The notes beneath the pieces are model-generated. The model was not told where the DNA came from. It worked only from the letters and a program-made list of their open reading frames with translations, and did not search any database. From positions 512,001 to 576,000 of the forward strand of contig JBDRZU010000001.1 in NCBI GenBank assembly GCA_039804105.1: a stretch of 64,000 nucleotides of DNA, given 5' to 3'. The position numbers and the translations under genes are program-made. Origin of the DNA: a candidate division WOR-3 bacterium. GTDB taxonomy: Bacteria; Hydrothermota; 32-111. Positions 1 to 9,737 of the stretch are shown piece by piece (within the stretch, counting starts at the first letter, position 1; each line of letters starts with the position of its first letter).

Positions 1-2
1 AA

Positions 3-53
3 ATTGATGGAATACAGAGAACCGTTACCTGTATAGTTGTTAACGGAGATTAA
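3..53 (+). CDS. 3' end of a gene entering the window, resembling a Lrp/AsnC ligand-binding domain C-terminus (partial)
   Basis: Frame 3 reads IDGIQRTVTCIVVNGD*, resembling the typical AsnC C-terminal strand; a hairpin follows immediately. Confidence 0.5.
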   Translation: MDGIQRTVTCIVVNGD

Positions 54-60
54 AAAATTT

Positions 61-81
61 GCCCCCTTAAATAAAGGGGGC
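61..81 (+). terminator. GC-rich hairpin, probable terminator
   Basis: GCCCCCTT-AAATA-AAGGGGGC 8-bp stem just after the stop at 51-53; weak U-tract. Confidence 0.6.
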
Positions 82-88
82 TTCCCAC

Positions 89-116
89 TTGAAAAAATTT
101 CTTTATTATATACAAT
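89..116 (+). promoter_or_regulatory. sigma70-type promoter for pheST
   Basis: TTGAAA-16-TACAAT, 9 nt upstream of the ATG; no SD visible. Confidence 0.5.
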
Positions 117-125
117 TGTAAAGTT

Positions 126-1163
126 ATGAAAAATTTAAAAGAAAATCTTGAACTTTTTTTTAAAGAATTTGAAAAAGAAATAGAAAATCTAAATTCTTTA
201 GAAAAACTCAAAGAGATAGAGATCAAATATCTTGGCAAAAAAAGCCAGTTACATTCACTTCTAAAGTTTATAGGTGAACTGAAAACTCCTGAAGAGAAAA
301 AAGAGGCAGGTTTCTTAATAAACAGAACAAAAGTTGAAATCGAAGAAAAAATAAAAAATTTAAAAGATAATTTTGAAAAGAGAGAGATCGAAAAAAAATT
401 AAAAGAGCAGAGTATAGATTTCACAAAACCTGTATTTTCAGAGAGAGATGGCTCTTTACATCCGATAACATTCATCAAAAGGGATGTTGAAAGAATATTA
501 ACAGGGATGGGATTTTCTCTCGTTACAGGTCCTGAGATGGAAACAGAGTATTATAACTTTGAAGCACTGAATATCCCGCCAACACATCCAGCAAGGGATA
601 TGCAGGACACTTTTTTCCTGTTAAATGGAATGATCCTAAGAACACATACTTCAAGTTGTCAATCACGGACACTCGAAAAATTTAAACCACCTTTGAGAAT
701 ATTTGCTCCAGGGAAATGTTTCAGATATGAATCGATAGATGCCTCACATGAAACAGCATTCTACCAGGTTGAAGGGCTTCTTGTTGATGAAAATATTACA
801 ATTGCAAATCTTATCGCAACAATGAAAACACTACTTTCGGAAATTTTTCATAAAGAAGATATAGATGTAAGATTAAGGCCCGGATATTTCCCCTTCGTTG
901 AGCCAGGTTTTGAACTTGATATAAAATGTATTATCTGTAATGGAAAAGGTTGTTCCACATGTAAACATAGCGGTTGGCTTGAACTCGTTCCATGTGGGAT
1001 GGTTCATCCAAATGTTTTAAAATATGGTGGAATCGATACCGAAAGATACAATGGTTTCGCCTTTGGACTTGGACTAACCAGATTGGCGATGATGAGATAT
1101 AAAATTAACGATATCAGATTCTTAAACAGTGGTGATCTAAGATTTTTAAAACAGTTCAGGTAA
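126..1163 (+). CDS. pheS: Phenylalanine--tRNA ligase alpha subunit
   Basis: GSLHP, HPARDMQDTF, LRTHTS, FYQVEGL, YFPFVEP, GFAFGLG motifs; CxxCxGxGCxxC Zn insert. Confidence 0.98.
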   Translation: MKNLKENLELFFKEFEKEIENLNSLEKLKEIEIKYLGKKSQLHSLLKFIGELKTPEEKKEAGFLINRTKVEIEEKIKNLKDNFEKREIEKKLKEQSIDFTKPVFSERDGSLHPITFIKRDVERILTGMGFSLVTGPEMETEYYNFEALNIPPTHPARDMQDTFFLLNGMILRTHTSSCQSRTLEKFKPPLRIFAPGKCFRYESIDASHETAFYQVEGLLVDENITIANLIATMKTLLSEIFHKEDIDVRLRPGYFPFVEPGFELDIKCIICNGKGCSTCKHSGWLELVPCGMVHPNVLKYGGIDTERYNGFAFGLGLTRLAMMRYKINDIRFLNSGDLRFLKQFR

Positions 1164-1166
1164 AAT

Positions 1167-3533
1167 ATGAAGATATCTTTAAGATGGTTGAACGATTTTG
1201 TAAAAGTTGATGATATTGATCCTTTTGAACTCTCTCAACTTTTAACGATGAAAACAGCGGAAACGGAGGGAGTATACTCAAGAAGTCAAGATTATTCTCA
1301 AATATATACTTGTGAAATTCTTGATGTTGTTAAAATAGATGAAAAACATTTCAAATGCAAAGTTGTTTCAGATAAAGAATATAATGTCATAAGTGGTGCT
1401 CCAAACACAAGAAAAGGTTTGAAAACTTTCCATATCAAACCGGGCGGAAAACTTGATGGTGAAACGATAACAACAAAATCTTTTTCAGGTGAAGTTTCCG
1501 AAGGAATGTTACTTTCTGGAAAAGAACTCGGGATCAACAACGATCATTCTGGGCTTTTTGAACTACCACCTGATATTAAATCTGGAGTTGAAATAGGCGA
1601 TTTCACCGATTATTACGATTATGTGATCGAGATCGATAACAAATCTTTAACACACAGACCAGATCTCTGGGGAATCTTCGGATTCTCAAGAGAGATCAAA
1701 GCGATCCTTGGGAGGGATAAAAGAGAACCAGCAATCTTTGATAAAAATAGTGTAAAAAATCTACCAGAATTTCCAATAGAAATAATCGATAGAGAAAAAT
1801 GTTATAGATATGTTGGAGTCAAAATCGGAAACATCAAGGTAAAACATTCTCCTTTAAACATCCAGATAAGATTATCAAACACAGGACATGTTCCAAGAAA
1901 TATAATCGTTGATCTTACAAACTATGTTATGACGGAGATAGGACAACCACTCCATGCTTTTGATGGAAACAGCATAAAGAAAATAGTTGTTGATTCAGCA
2001 AAAGAGGATTTCGTTTTCAAAACACTCGATAAAGTTGACAGAAAACTTCCAAAAGGAATTCTTCTGATAAAGAACGAGGACACACCTATTGCAATCGCTG
2101 GAATCATGGGTGGAGGAAATTCTGATATAAGGGATGATTCACAAACCCTTTTCCTTGAAAGTGCAAATTTTGATGCTTCACATATCAGAAAGATGAGCAC
2201 AAGGATATCTCTCAGAACAGATTCAAGTGCAAGATTTGAAAAATCACTTGATCCTGAAAATGCACTTATTGGATGTTTAAGGTATGTCCAACTTTTAAAA
2301 GAAAATCAGAATGATATAAGAATCGAAAGTTCAATAACTGATAAAAATTACAATCCATTCAAAAAAAATATCATCTATACTGACTATTCATACATTAAAA
2401 AAACTATAGGTATAGAAATTGAAAATGAAAAAATAAAAAGTATTTTAAAATCCTTAGAGTTTGAAGTCGAAGAAGAAAAAGACAGAATAAAAATAACAGC
2501 ACCAACATATAGAAGCACAAAAGATATTTCTATAAAAGAGGATATAGTTGAAGAGGTTGTAAGGATCTATGGATTCGATAATGTGAAACCTGTACTTCCG
2601 AAACTCCAAATAAGTGCAACTATAAAAAATATTGAGAACGAAAAGGATAATCTTGTAAAAGATCTGTTGACTTACAAATATAATTTGAACGAAGTTGATT
2701 CCCATCCCTGGTATGACGATAAATTCAACAAAAAAGTTGGATTCAAAACAGGTGGTGAAATCGAGATAAAAAATCCGATAACTATTGATAACAAACTTTT
2801 AAGAACAACACTCCTCCCAACACTTTTGAAATTTTCATTTGAAAATCTGAAATATTTTGATCAGTTCTCTTTATACGAGATTGGAAAAACTTTCCATAAA
2901 AACAGTGAAATTAAAAGATTGGGAATAATCTCTGTTGATAAAAAAACAAAGAATCAGGAAGAAAAATCCTTTTTTAATTTGAAATCGATTGTGAACGATA
3001 TATTCGAAAGGTTGACAGGAAAAGAACCTGTTTATAAAAATCCAACAGAACATCAACTGATAAATCCTTCGATTTCTGCTGATATATATTTTTCTTTCGA
3101 TGACAAAAATTATGAACCTGTTGGATACCTTGGAATAATTCACCCAAAGATCAACTCATTACTCGACAAAAAAGTTGTCATCGCTTTTACTGAAATAGAG
3201 ATTGAAAAAATATACGGATTTGAAAAAAGTATGCTTTTCAAACAATTTTCAACATTCCCACAGACGATTCTTGATTTTTCAATATTGAAAAATAAAAAAG
3301 AGTTGTTCATAGATTTTGAATATAAAATCAAAGAATTCAAAAACGAACTTGTGAAAGATTTTAAAATCTACGATATCTACTCAGGAGAAAACATTCCTGA
3401 AGGTTTCGAATCCGTCACCGTAAGATTCACGATCGGAAGTGATCAGAAAACTTTAACAGGTGAAGAGATATCAGAATTCCAGAATCAGTTTGTCTTGTTT
3501 ATCAAAGATAAAGGTTACACACTCAGAAGTTGA
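1167..3533 (+). CDS. pheT: Phenylalanine--tRNA ligase beta subunit
   Basis: N-terminal MKISLRWL, OB fold (SEGMLLS), B3/4 domain (IVDLTNYVM, GQPLHAFD, LESANF, RFEK), B5, C-terminal FDX-ACB; follows pheS. Confidence 0.97.
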   Translation: MKISLRWLNDFVKVDDIDPFELSQLLTMKTAETEGVYSRSQDYSQIYTCEILDVVKIDEKHFKCKVVSDKEYNVISGAPNTRKGLKTFHIKPGGKLDGETITTKSFSGEVSEGMLLSGKELGINNDHSGLFELPPDIKSGVEIGDFTDYYDYVIEIDNKSLTHRPDLWGIFGFSREIKAILGRDKREPAIFDKNSVKNLPEFPIEIIDREKCYRYVGVKIGNIKVKHSPLNIQIRLSNTGHVPRNIIVDLTNYVMTEIGQPLHAFDGNSIKKIVVDSAKEDFVFKTLDKVDRKLPKGILLIKNEDTPIAIAGIMGGGNSDIRDDSQTLFLESANFDASHIRKMSTRISLRTDSSARFEKSLDPENALIGCLRYVQLLKENQNDIRIESSITDKNYNPFKKNIIYTDYSYIKKTIGIEIENEKIKSILKSLEFEVEEEKDRIKITAPTYRSTKDISIKEDIVEEVVRIYGFDNVKPVLPKLQISATIKNIENEKDNLVKDLLTYKYNLNEVDSHPWYDDKFNKKVGFKTGGEIEIKNPITIDNKLLRTTLLPTLLKFSFENLKYFDQFSLYEIGKTFHKNSEIKRLGIISVDKKTKNQEEKSFFNLKSIVNDIFERLTGKEPVYKNPTEHQLINPSISADIYFSFDDKNYEPVGYLGIIHPKINSLLDKKVVIAFTEIEIEKIYGFEKSMLFKQFSTFPQTILDFSILKNKKELFIDFEYKIKEFKNELVKDFKIYDIYSGENIPEGFESVTVRFTIGSDQKTLTGEEISEFQNQFVLFIKDKGYTLRS

Positions 3534-4850
3534 TCAAAAGTTCCAGCAGAGTAAAAATATATTATATTTCAACTTTTTGAAAATATCACTATAACCATCA
3601 ACAGGTGAAAACCCAATCTGTATACCTATCGGATCAAAGATCTCCGTGAAAAACATAAAACCAACTCCATACCCGTAAAGATATTTACTCTTTTGAAACA
3701 ACTTTAATTCTTTAAAATCGTTTGCGATTGTTGTCCAATCAGCAAAAAGAGTGACAATATAGTTGAACGAAATTCTGCCAATTATAGGATATTCAAAAGG
3801 TATCTTAAACAGAGGATATCTTAACTCAAAAGTTCCAGAATACCTGTTAAAATCGGTTATATCGCTTTCAGGCACTGCCCTATTCTCAAAGGCATCTGGC
3901 TCAGAGAGATTATAATATGTTAAAGTTCCATTCTGTAATAAAAATTTGTTACGAAAAGCAATAGTTCCCTTGAAGAATTTAAAAAAGTTAACATTGTTGA
4001 AACTGAATTTTATTCTGTCAATATCTGTTCCCCAAAAATTCTTTTCATACAAAAAAGTTAATTCATCATAATTCCCAGATGTCGGGAAAAATGGATCATT
4101 CTTTTTATTCAGGGTCAACTTTAAACCTGATTGCAAAAACTCATCATAACCTTTCATATCACCACTCTTGTAAGACAAAGAGAAAGTATCATCTTTAAAA
4201 CTCACACGATCAAAACCAACTATCAACTGTGAAGACAGATCCTGAATGAAAGAATAACCTGTCGCAAGATATACACCTTTATGGTATTCAATTATATCAA
4301 GGATATCTCTGTTGTTTTGAGTGTAAAAAATCTTGTATTCACCGGAATATTTCCTTGAATAAACTGTTGGTATGAAATACAAAAGATAAATACCTTTCAC
4401 ATCAAGAAAAGTAAATGCGAGTTCTATCTTATGCCTCTGAGCAAAAAGGTTTCCATAAGAAGCACCAAGTGTTATCGAATATGGTTTTGTTGTCGAAAAC
4501 CCCAGTGATGGTAAAAACACAAGCATCTCTTTTGCAGTTACTCTAACATCAACAGTGTCATCAGTATTATCCTTTCTTAACAGTTTTGGATCGATTTTCT
4601 CTTCAAAACCACTATCCACCTTAAAAACATCTATCACAACTTCACCAAAAAGTTCGGTTTTCAAAAGGTTGAGTTTACTTTTCTCAATATCAATACTATC
4701 AACAGTATCAGAAGAACAGAATGTCAGCTGTTTTTTTATAAAATCTTCTTTTGTAAATGTTCTGTTCTCAAGAGAAATATTTCTGACATACTCAGCTTCA
4801 ACAAAAACAACAAAAAACAACGAAAGAACCATCAAAAATCTTTTAAACAT
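3534..4850 (-). CDS. Omp85/BamA-TamA family outer-membrane beta-barrel protein
   Basis: Signal peptide, short POTRA-like region, YGNLFAQRH, NDPFFPTSG, FELRYPLF, LFADW, YGYGVG, C-terminal F; start set at ATG 4850 behind an AAGGAG SD. Confidence 0.75.
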   Translation of the reverse strand: MFKRFLMVLSLFFVVFVEAEYVRNISLENRTFTKEDFIKKQLTFCSSDTVDSIDIEKSKLNLLKTELFGEVVIDVFKVDSGFEEKIDPKLLRKDNTDDTVDVRVTAKEMLVFLPSLGFSTTKPYSITLGASYGNLFAQRHKIELAFTFLDVKGIYLLYFIPTVYSRKYSGEYKIFYTQNNRDILDIIEYHKGVYLATGYSFIQDLSSQLIVGFDRVSFKDDTFSLSYKSGDMKGYDEFLQSGLKLTLNKKNDPFFPTSGNYDELTFLYEKNFWGTDIDRIKFSFNNVNFFKFFKGTIAFRNKFLLQNGTLTYYNLSEPDAFENRAVPESDITDFNRYSGTFELRYPLFKIPFEYPIIGRISFNYIVTLFADWTTIANDFKELKLFQKSKYLYGYGVGFMFFTEIFDPIGIQIGFSPVDGYSDIFKKLKYNIFLLCWNF

Positions 4851-4851
4851 T

Positions 4852-5613
4852 TTAAACTCCTTCATAAAAAAAGATTTTTCCTCTATCTTCTACGAATTCG
4901 ATATCTGTTTCGAAAATTTTCGCAAGTTCTCTTTTCATATAATCAGTTCCACCAAACCCGGCAATTTTCCCATCCTTGATTCCGATGATTTTATCAGAAA
5001 TGTTGAAACATATTCCAAGGTCATGTGAGGAGATCAAAATAATCTTTTCAGATTTTATTTCATCGATTATTTTAATGATTTTTTTTCTGTGTCTAAAATC
5101 TATGTTTGAAAATGGCTCATCCATAACAATTACCTTTCCACCTTGAAAAATAGCCCTTGCAAGTTGAACGAGTTGCATCTCTCCCCCACTCAAAGAAAAA
5201 CAGTTTCTGTTTTTTAAATGTCCAATTTCAAGTTTTTCCATCAATAAATTTATTTCTTCATAATCTTTCAAAGAAAGATTTCCAAAAATATCCATCTTTG
5301 AATATCTTCCATATTTTACAAATTCAAAAACAGGAAAATCATAATAAAGGTAAATCTTTTGTGGTATATAGGATATGATTTGAGACATCTCATTTTCAGT
5401 TAAAGTTTTTATTTCTCGACCAAAAAGATCTATTTTACCTTCATAGTAAACCAAAATTTTACACAAGAGTTTTAGAAAAGTTGTTTTACCGGATCCATTC
5501 TCCCCAATCAGAGAATATATACCATTTTCGTCAATAATCAGTTCATCTATTTTCATAAATTCTTTATCTTTTGTGTATGAAAATTTTAAATCCTTTATCT
5601 GTATCATATTCAC
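4852..5613 (-). CDS. ABC transporter ATP-binding protein, BtuD/FepC type
   Basis: GENGSGKT, LSGGEMQ, VMDEP, SHDL. Confidence 0.9.
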   Translation of the reverse strand: MNMIQIKDLKFSYTKDKEFMKIDELIIDENGIYSLIGENGSGKTTFLKLLCKILVYYEGKIDLFGREIKTLTENEMSQIISYIPQKIYLYYDFPVFEFVKYGRYSKMDIFGNLSLKDYEEINLLMEKLEIGHLKNRNCFSLSGGEMQLVQLARAIFQGGKVIVMDEPFSNIDFRHRKKIIKIIDEIKSEKIILISSHDLGICFNISDKIIGIKDGKIAGFGGTDYMKRELAKIFETDIEFVEDRGKIFFYEGV

Positions 5614-6551
5614 TCAAAATTTTTTTTAACAATAATAAAAAGAAAAGGTAGCGAAAAAAGCGATAAAACGACTCCTATTGGGAGTTCAAAAGAAAAAGAA
5701 TACTTACTTATAAAATCAGCGAAGAGAATCAAAAATGCACCTCCAGCAAAGGAATAAAAAATCAAATCGCGACTTTTCAAAACTCCAGAGATCCTAAGGA
5801 TGTTGGGAACTATTATTCCAACAAAACCTATTATTCCCACAAAAGAAACGATCAAAGATGTTTGATATATTAAAACTAATAAAATCAAAAGAAAATCTCT
5901 TTTAACATTGACTCCACTCGTTTTCGCTATATCCTCATCGATCGATATGATATCAAGTTCCCTCGATTTTAAAAGTATAAACAAAAAGGTTAAGATCAAT
6001 GTTAAAGATAAAAAAATGTAAAGGGGAAAATTTGAAGATAGAAAAATATGATTCAAAGATCCCATCAAAGCATAGAAGAGATAGGTTATGTCATTTTTTG
6101 AAAGAATTGAAAATATGATAACAAGAGAGGAAAAAAGTATGTTAACGAGTAGACCAGAAATCAAAATCGACACCTTTTTATCACCTTTTATGTTGAGTGA
6201 AAATGAAAGTGAAATCAAAGAAGAAATTGTTGAAAACAGAAAGGAAAAAAGGATTGAAACTAAAAGGTTTCCTTTAAAAAAGATTGAGGCGAGAACAAAA
6301 CCAAAAAGTCCTCCACCTGAAATCCCAAGGACATAAGGATCAAGCAAAGGATTTTTGAAAAGGATCTGCATAACAGAACCTGATGTCGTTAAAACCATTC
6401 CGGTAAAAAGAGCAAGGATGTATCTGAAAATCCTTAACTTCAAAATTTCATTTTTTACATCACTTTCAAAAGACGATAATTTAAAATTCATATAAAATAT
6501 AGAAATAAGAATAAACAAAAGAATGAATATCAAAAATTTTTTACCTTTCAC
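5610..6551 (-). CDS. FecCD/BtuC family permease
   Basis: LRIFR, MQILFKNPLLDPYVLGISGG, GIIGFVGIIVP, ELPIGV. Confidence 0.9.
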   Translation of the reverse strand: MKGKKFLIFILLFILISIFYMNFKLSSFESDVKNEILKLRIFRYILALFTGMVLTTSGSVMQILFKNPLLDPYVLGISGGGLFGFVLASIFFKGNLLVSILFSFLFSTISSLISLSFSLNIKGDKKVSILISGLLVNILFSSLVIIFSILSKNDITYLFYALMGSLNHIFLSSNFPLYIFLSLTLILTFLFILLKSRELDIISIDEDIAKTSGVNVKRDFLLILLVLIYQTSLIVSFVGIIGFVGIIVPNILRISGVLKSRDLIFYSFAGGAFLILFADFISKYSFSFELPIGVVLSLFSLPFLFIIVKKNFE

Positions 6552-7326
6552 AAAAATCCTTTTCGACTATATCTATAGCATCTATAACCCTTGGTCCTGG
6601 TCTTGAAAAAATATCGATTTTTTCATCATCAAGAAAAACAAATTTCATCTTTTTAAAGTTTTTCAACAATGAATATTTTTCCTTTGCATCTTGAAATGTA
6701 TGCATAAATACAACAATGTCTGGTTTAAAAGAGAGAATGTTTTCATATGAAAAATTTATGTAAGGTTTTTCGCTTTCTATAATTTTATAACCATAAAGTT
6801 TCAAAAGAGAGCCGATATAACTTGAAGAAGTTGCAACAATGAATGGTTTTTCACTAACTTCGACTATAACTTTTTTCGAATGACCAACCTTTTTAATATT
6901 TAAAATTTTATTTTTTATTTCATTTACCTTCACAGTATCATAATCTTTTCCAACGATTTCTGTAATATTTTTTATACCTTCTATGATATCGTCAACTTTT
7001 TCCATTTTAATATTGTAATATTTTATTTTCTTTTCTTTCAAAAAGATTTCGGTTTTATCTGTTAGATTACCTGAAAAAAAAATTATGTCTGGCTTTAAAG
7101 ACAACAACTTTTCAAAATCGACTTCTATAAAAGAACCTGCAATTTCGATTTTTTTTGCTTCCTCAGGATAATTACAGAAAGATGTTCGACCAACAAGGTA
7201 TCTATCGTATGATAGAAAAAAAAGTGTCTCTGTAATATTTGGAGCAAAGGAAACGATCCTCTGACCATTTAAAAGAGAAAAAAATAAAAGAAGAATGAGA
7301 AAATTAAAACTTTTCAATCTCCCCAT
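6541..7326 (-). CDS. BtuF-like cobalamin/siderophore substrate-binding protein
   Basis: RIVSFAPNITE, VGRTSFCNYP, EKLLSLKPD, SRPGPR; likely start MGRLKSF with signal peptide. Confidence 0.85.
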   Translation of the reverse strand: MGRLKSFNFLILLLFFSLLNGQRIVSFAPNITETLFFLSYDRYLVGRTSFCNYPEEAKKIEIAGSFIEVDFEKLLSLKPDIIFFSGNLTDKTEIFLKEKKIKYYNIKMEKVDDIIEGIKNITEIVGKDYDTVKVNEIKNKILNIKKVGHSKKVIVEVSEKPFIVATSSSYIGSLLKLYGYKIIESEKPYINFSYENILSFKPDIVVFMHTFQDAKEKYSLLKNFKKMKFVFLDDEKIDIFSRPGPRVIDAIDIVEKDFCER

Positions 7327-8629
7327 AAAATTCCCTTTTAAAATAACCCCTCGACGAATATAAAGGTTCAAGGATAACTTTAAATTTATATTTCCCGTTC
7401 TCAACTATTCTGTTGCCCTTGTCATCTTTAAGATCCCACACGATATAGTTCAATCCAATATTTCTTCTAAGATCAGAAGTTAACTCTCTTATAATCTTTC
7501 CACCTTTTGTAATTTCTATCGTAACCCTACATTGTTCGGTCGTAAAAAGTGAAATCGTCAAACCTTCTGTTGTATCAGTCAAAACCTGAGGAGTAAACTC
7601 TTTAATATATCCATCAACACCTATCCAGTAATATTGAAATCCGGTTCTTTCAGATATGAACACCTGTCCGTATTTCCTGTATATTGAGATACCTTCCGGT
7701 TTATAAAATTGATTTTTACCGTTTCCCTCTCTTCCAAAACTTGTTATATATTTTAAATCACTATCAAACTTATGTATACAACTATTTATTGTATCAGTTA
7801 CATAAATGTTTCCATTCTGATCGTAATCTATGAAATTGAAATCAACATCTTTGTATTTTGTTATATCAAAAGAGAAGAATTCTTTGACTATGTTTCCATA
7901 AAAATCGAGTTTCAGCAATCTTCTCCTATCAGAAGAAACAATGAGAAAAATTTTTTCTTTTAAATTCAGATAACCTTTTTTAGGATCAACGACACAGATC
8001 GAATGGGGATTTTGAACATTGTCAATGATCATAAATGGATTAAAATTTTTATCGATAACAACAATTCTGTTGTTTCTACTATCACATATAAAAAGATTAT
8101 CGTTCCCATCATAATCTATACCTTCGGGAATATTCAGAGAAAAAGAATCCATACCGAACGATCCAAAAGATCTTTCAAACAATAGAGAATCTTCATCGTA
8201 AATAAATTTTAATACTCTAAAATTGTAAGTATCAGAAATGTAGACCTCACCATCAGTTGTAGCGGCTATATCCGTAGGATAGTACAAAGATTCGGGGGAT
8301 TCACCTTTTCCTTTTTGACCATAAGTTTTTATTTTACTTAAACCAACATTGTAAACTATCTGGTGATTGTTTAAACCAAACAAAGTTAATATAGCATCAT
8401 CTTTGTCAGTTGTTCTATCATCGAGTTGTTTCAATTTCAAAGCACAGATACCCCCAACCCTTTCAAACTTAACATTCTTCTTTAACACCATTTTTGCGAT
8501 CGTTGAATTCGCTTTATAATAACCCATCGAATGTTGAAAAGGTGGTATTATAAGCGTTGTTTCCTGCGAGAAAACAATCAAGCAAACATCAAACACTATC
8601 GATAATAGTGTTAACCTCTTCAAAAACAT
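7304..8629 (-). CDS. Secreted NHL-repeat beta-propeller with C-terminal FlgD-Ig-like domain
   Basis: YPTDIA..GEVYISDTYNFRV, PEGID..FICDSRNNRI, GNIYVTDT, QFYKPEGI repeats; WDLKDDKGNRIVENGKY. Confidence 0.8.
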   Translation of the reverse strand: MFLKRLTLLSIVFDVCLIVFSQETTLIIPPFQHSMGYYKANSTIAKMVLKKNVKFERVGGICALKLKQLDDRTTDKDDAILTLFGLNNHQIVYNVGLSKIKTYGQKGKGESPESLYYPTDIAATTDGEVYISDTYNFRVLKFIYDEDSLLFERSFGSFGMDSFSLNIPEGIDYDGNDNLFICDSRNNRIVVIDKNFNPFMIIDNVQNPHSICVVDPKKGYLNLKEKIFLIVSSDRRRLLKLDFYGNIVKEFFSFDITKYKDVDFNFIDYDQNGNIYVTDTINSCIHKFDSDLKYITSFGREGNGKNQFYKPEGISIYRKYGQVFISERTGFQYYWIGVDGYIKEFTPQVLTDTTEGLTISLFTTEQCRVTIEITKGGKIIRELTSDLRRNIGLNYIVWDLKDDKGNRIVENGKYKFKVILEPLYSSRGYFKREFYGEIEKF

Positions 8630-9737
8630 TTTCCCATCCTTCTTTTGAAACTTGTTCCATTCTTTTCTTTTTTATACTATCGTCCTCTCTAAGCGCTCTG
8701 TTCAAATTATTATAAAACTCTTCATAAGTTTTTGAAATATAAATAAGATCCTTGAATTCATCAAACTCAGGGATGTATGTTGTTACCACAGGTTTACCTG
8801 TTGTGAGATACTCCCTCAATTTTATTGGAGAAGCATGTCTGTTCATCTGGTCTTCACTATCCCAAGGGATTATAAAACCAAAAGAAAATGTTGCATAAGA
8901 AGGCAATTTAAGATAGGTCTTTTCACCGACAAAAAATATTTTTTTGCTATCTTTAAAATCCTCATACTTAAAATCAAAGATTTTTCCGATAAATAGAAAA
9001 CAAAAATCGTTCGTTTTTTCTTCTAAAAATTTTAAAAGTTTATAGTCAACCTTTTTATAATCTATCGATCCCCAATATGTAAAAACTGGTTTGTCAGTTT
9101 TTGGAAAATCTTCTGGTTTTTCTTTTACAATTTTACTGAAATGTTTGATATCAACACCATGTTTCAACCTGTAAACTTTTTCTCCAAAATCTTTTCTTTT
9201 CTCTTCATATATCATTTTCCCTGGTGTTAAGATGATCAAAGATTTTTCGCATAACCTTTTATCAAAATTTTCAACAGATTTCCCAGCGTATTTATACTCC
9301 TGAACTTTATCGACAATCTGATACACAATTTTTTTTGATTTTATACCTCTTGCGAAAATATACCCATTTGGATTTGTGATCCAATATATCGGATCTTTAA
9401 ACTTAAAAATTTTTTCAACGAGTTTTATCTGAAAAAGTAAAAGAAAAGTGTTTAGATTCAAAATTATAGGGTTATCTTTAAAAGGTATAAAAAAAGGTGT
9501 GAAAATATAAAGGTTTTTGTTCTCCCTTTTTAAAAACCTTATTATACTAAAAAATTTATTTTTGACTTTTCTAAAAAAACCTTTTTTCCCCGCACTAAAA
9601 CCTATACCAACAGGCAAAGAATTCACATATAAAACTTTTTTCTCTTTCGAAAACTCTTTCATGAGGTGGTTATATGAATGCGGATGGTGATACCACCAAT
9701 CACCACCAGCAAAACAAACTATTGAAGAGAATTTCAT
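8589..9737 (-). CDS. GT-B (GT4-like) glycosyltransferase
   Basis: HGVDIKHF, YWGSI, SPIKLREYLTTGKPVV. Confidence 0.85.
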   Translation of the reverse strand: MKFSSIVCFAGGDWWYHHPHSYNHLMKEFSKEKKVLYVNSLPVGIGFSAGKKGFFRKVKNKFFSIIRFLKRENKNLYIFTPFFIPFKDNPIILNLNTFLLLFQIKLVEKIFKFKDPIYWITNPNGYIFARGIKSKKIVYQIVDKVQEYKYAGKSVENFDKRLCEKSLIILTPGKMIYEEKRKDFGEKVYRLKHGVDIKHFSKIVKEKPEDFPKTDKPVFTYWGSIDYKKVDYKLLKFLEEKTNDFCFLFIGKIFDFKYEDFKDSKKIFFVGEKTYLKLPSYATFSFGFIIPWDSEDQMNRHASPIKLREYLTTGKPVVTTYIPEFDEFKDLIYISKTYEEFYNNLNRALREDDSIKKKRMEQVSKEGWENVFEEVNTIIDSV

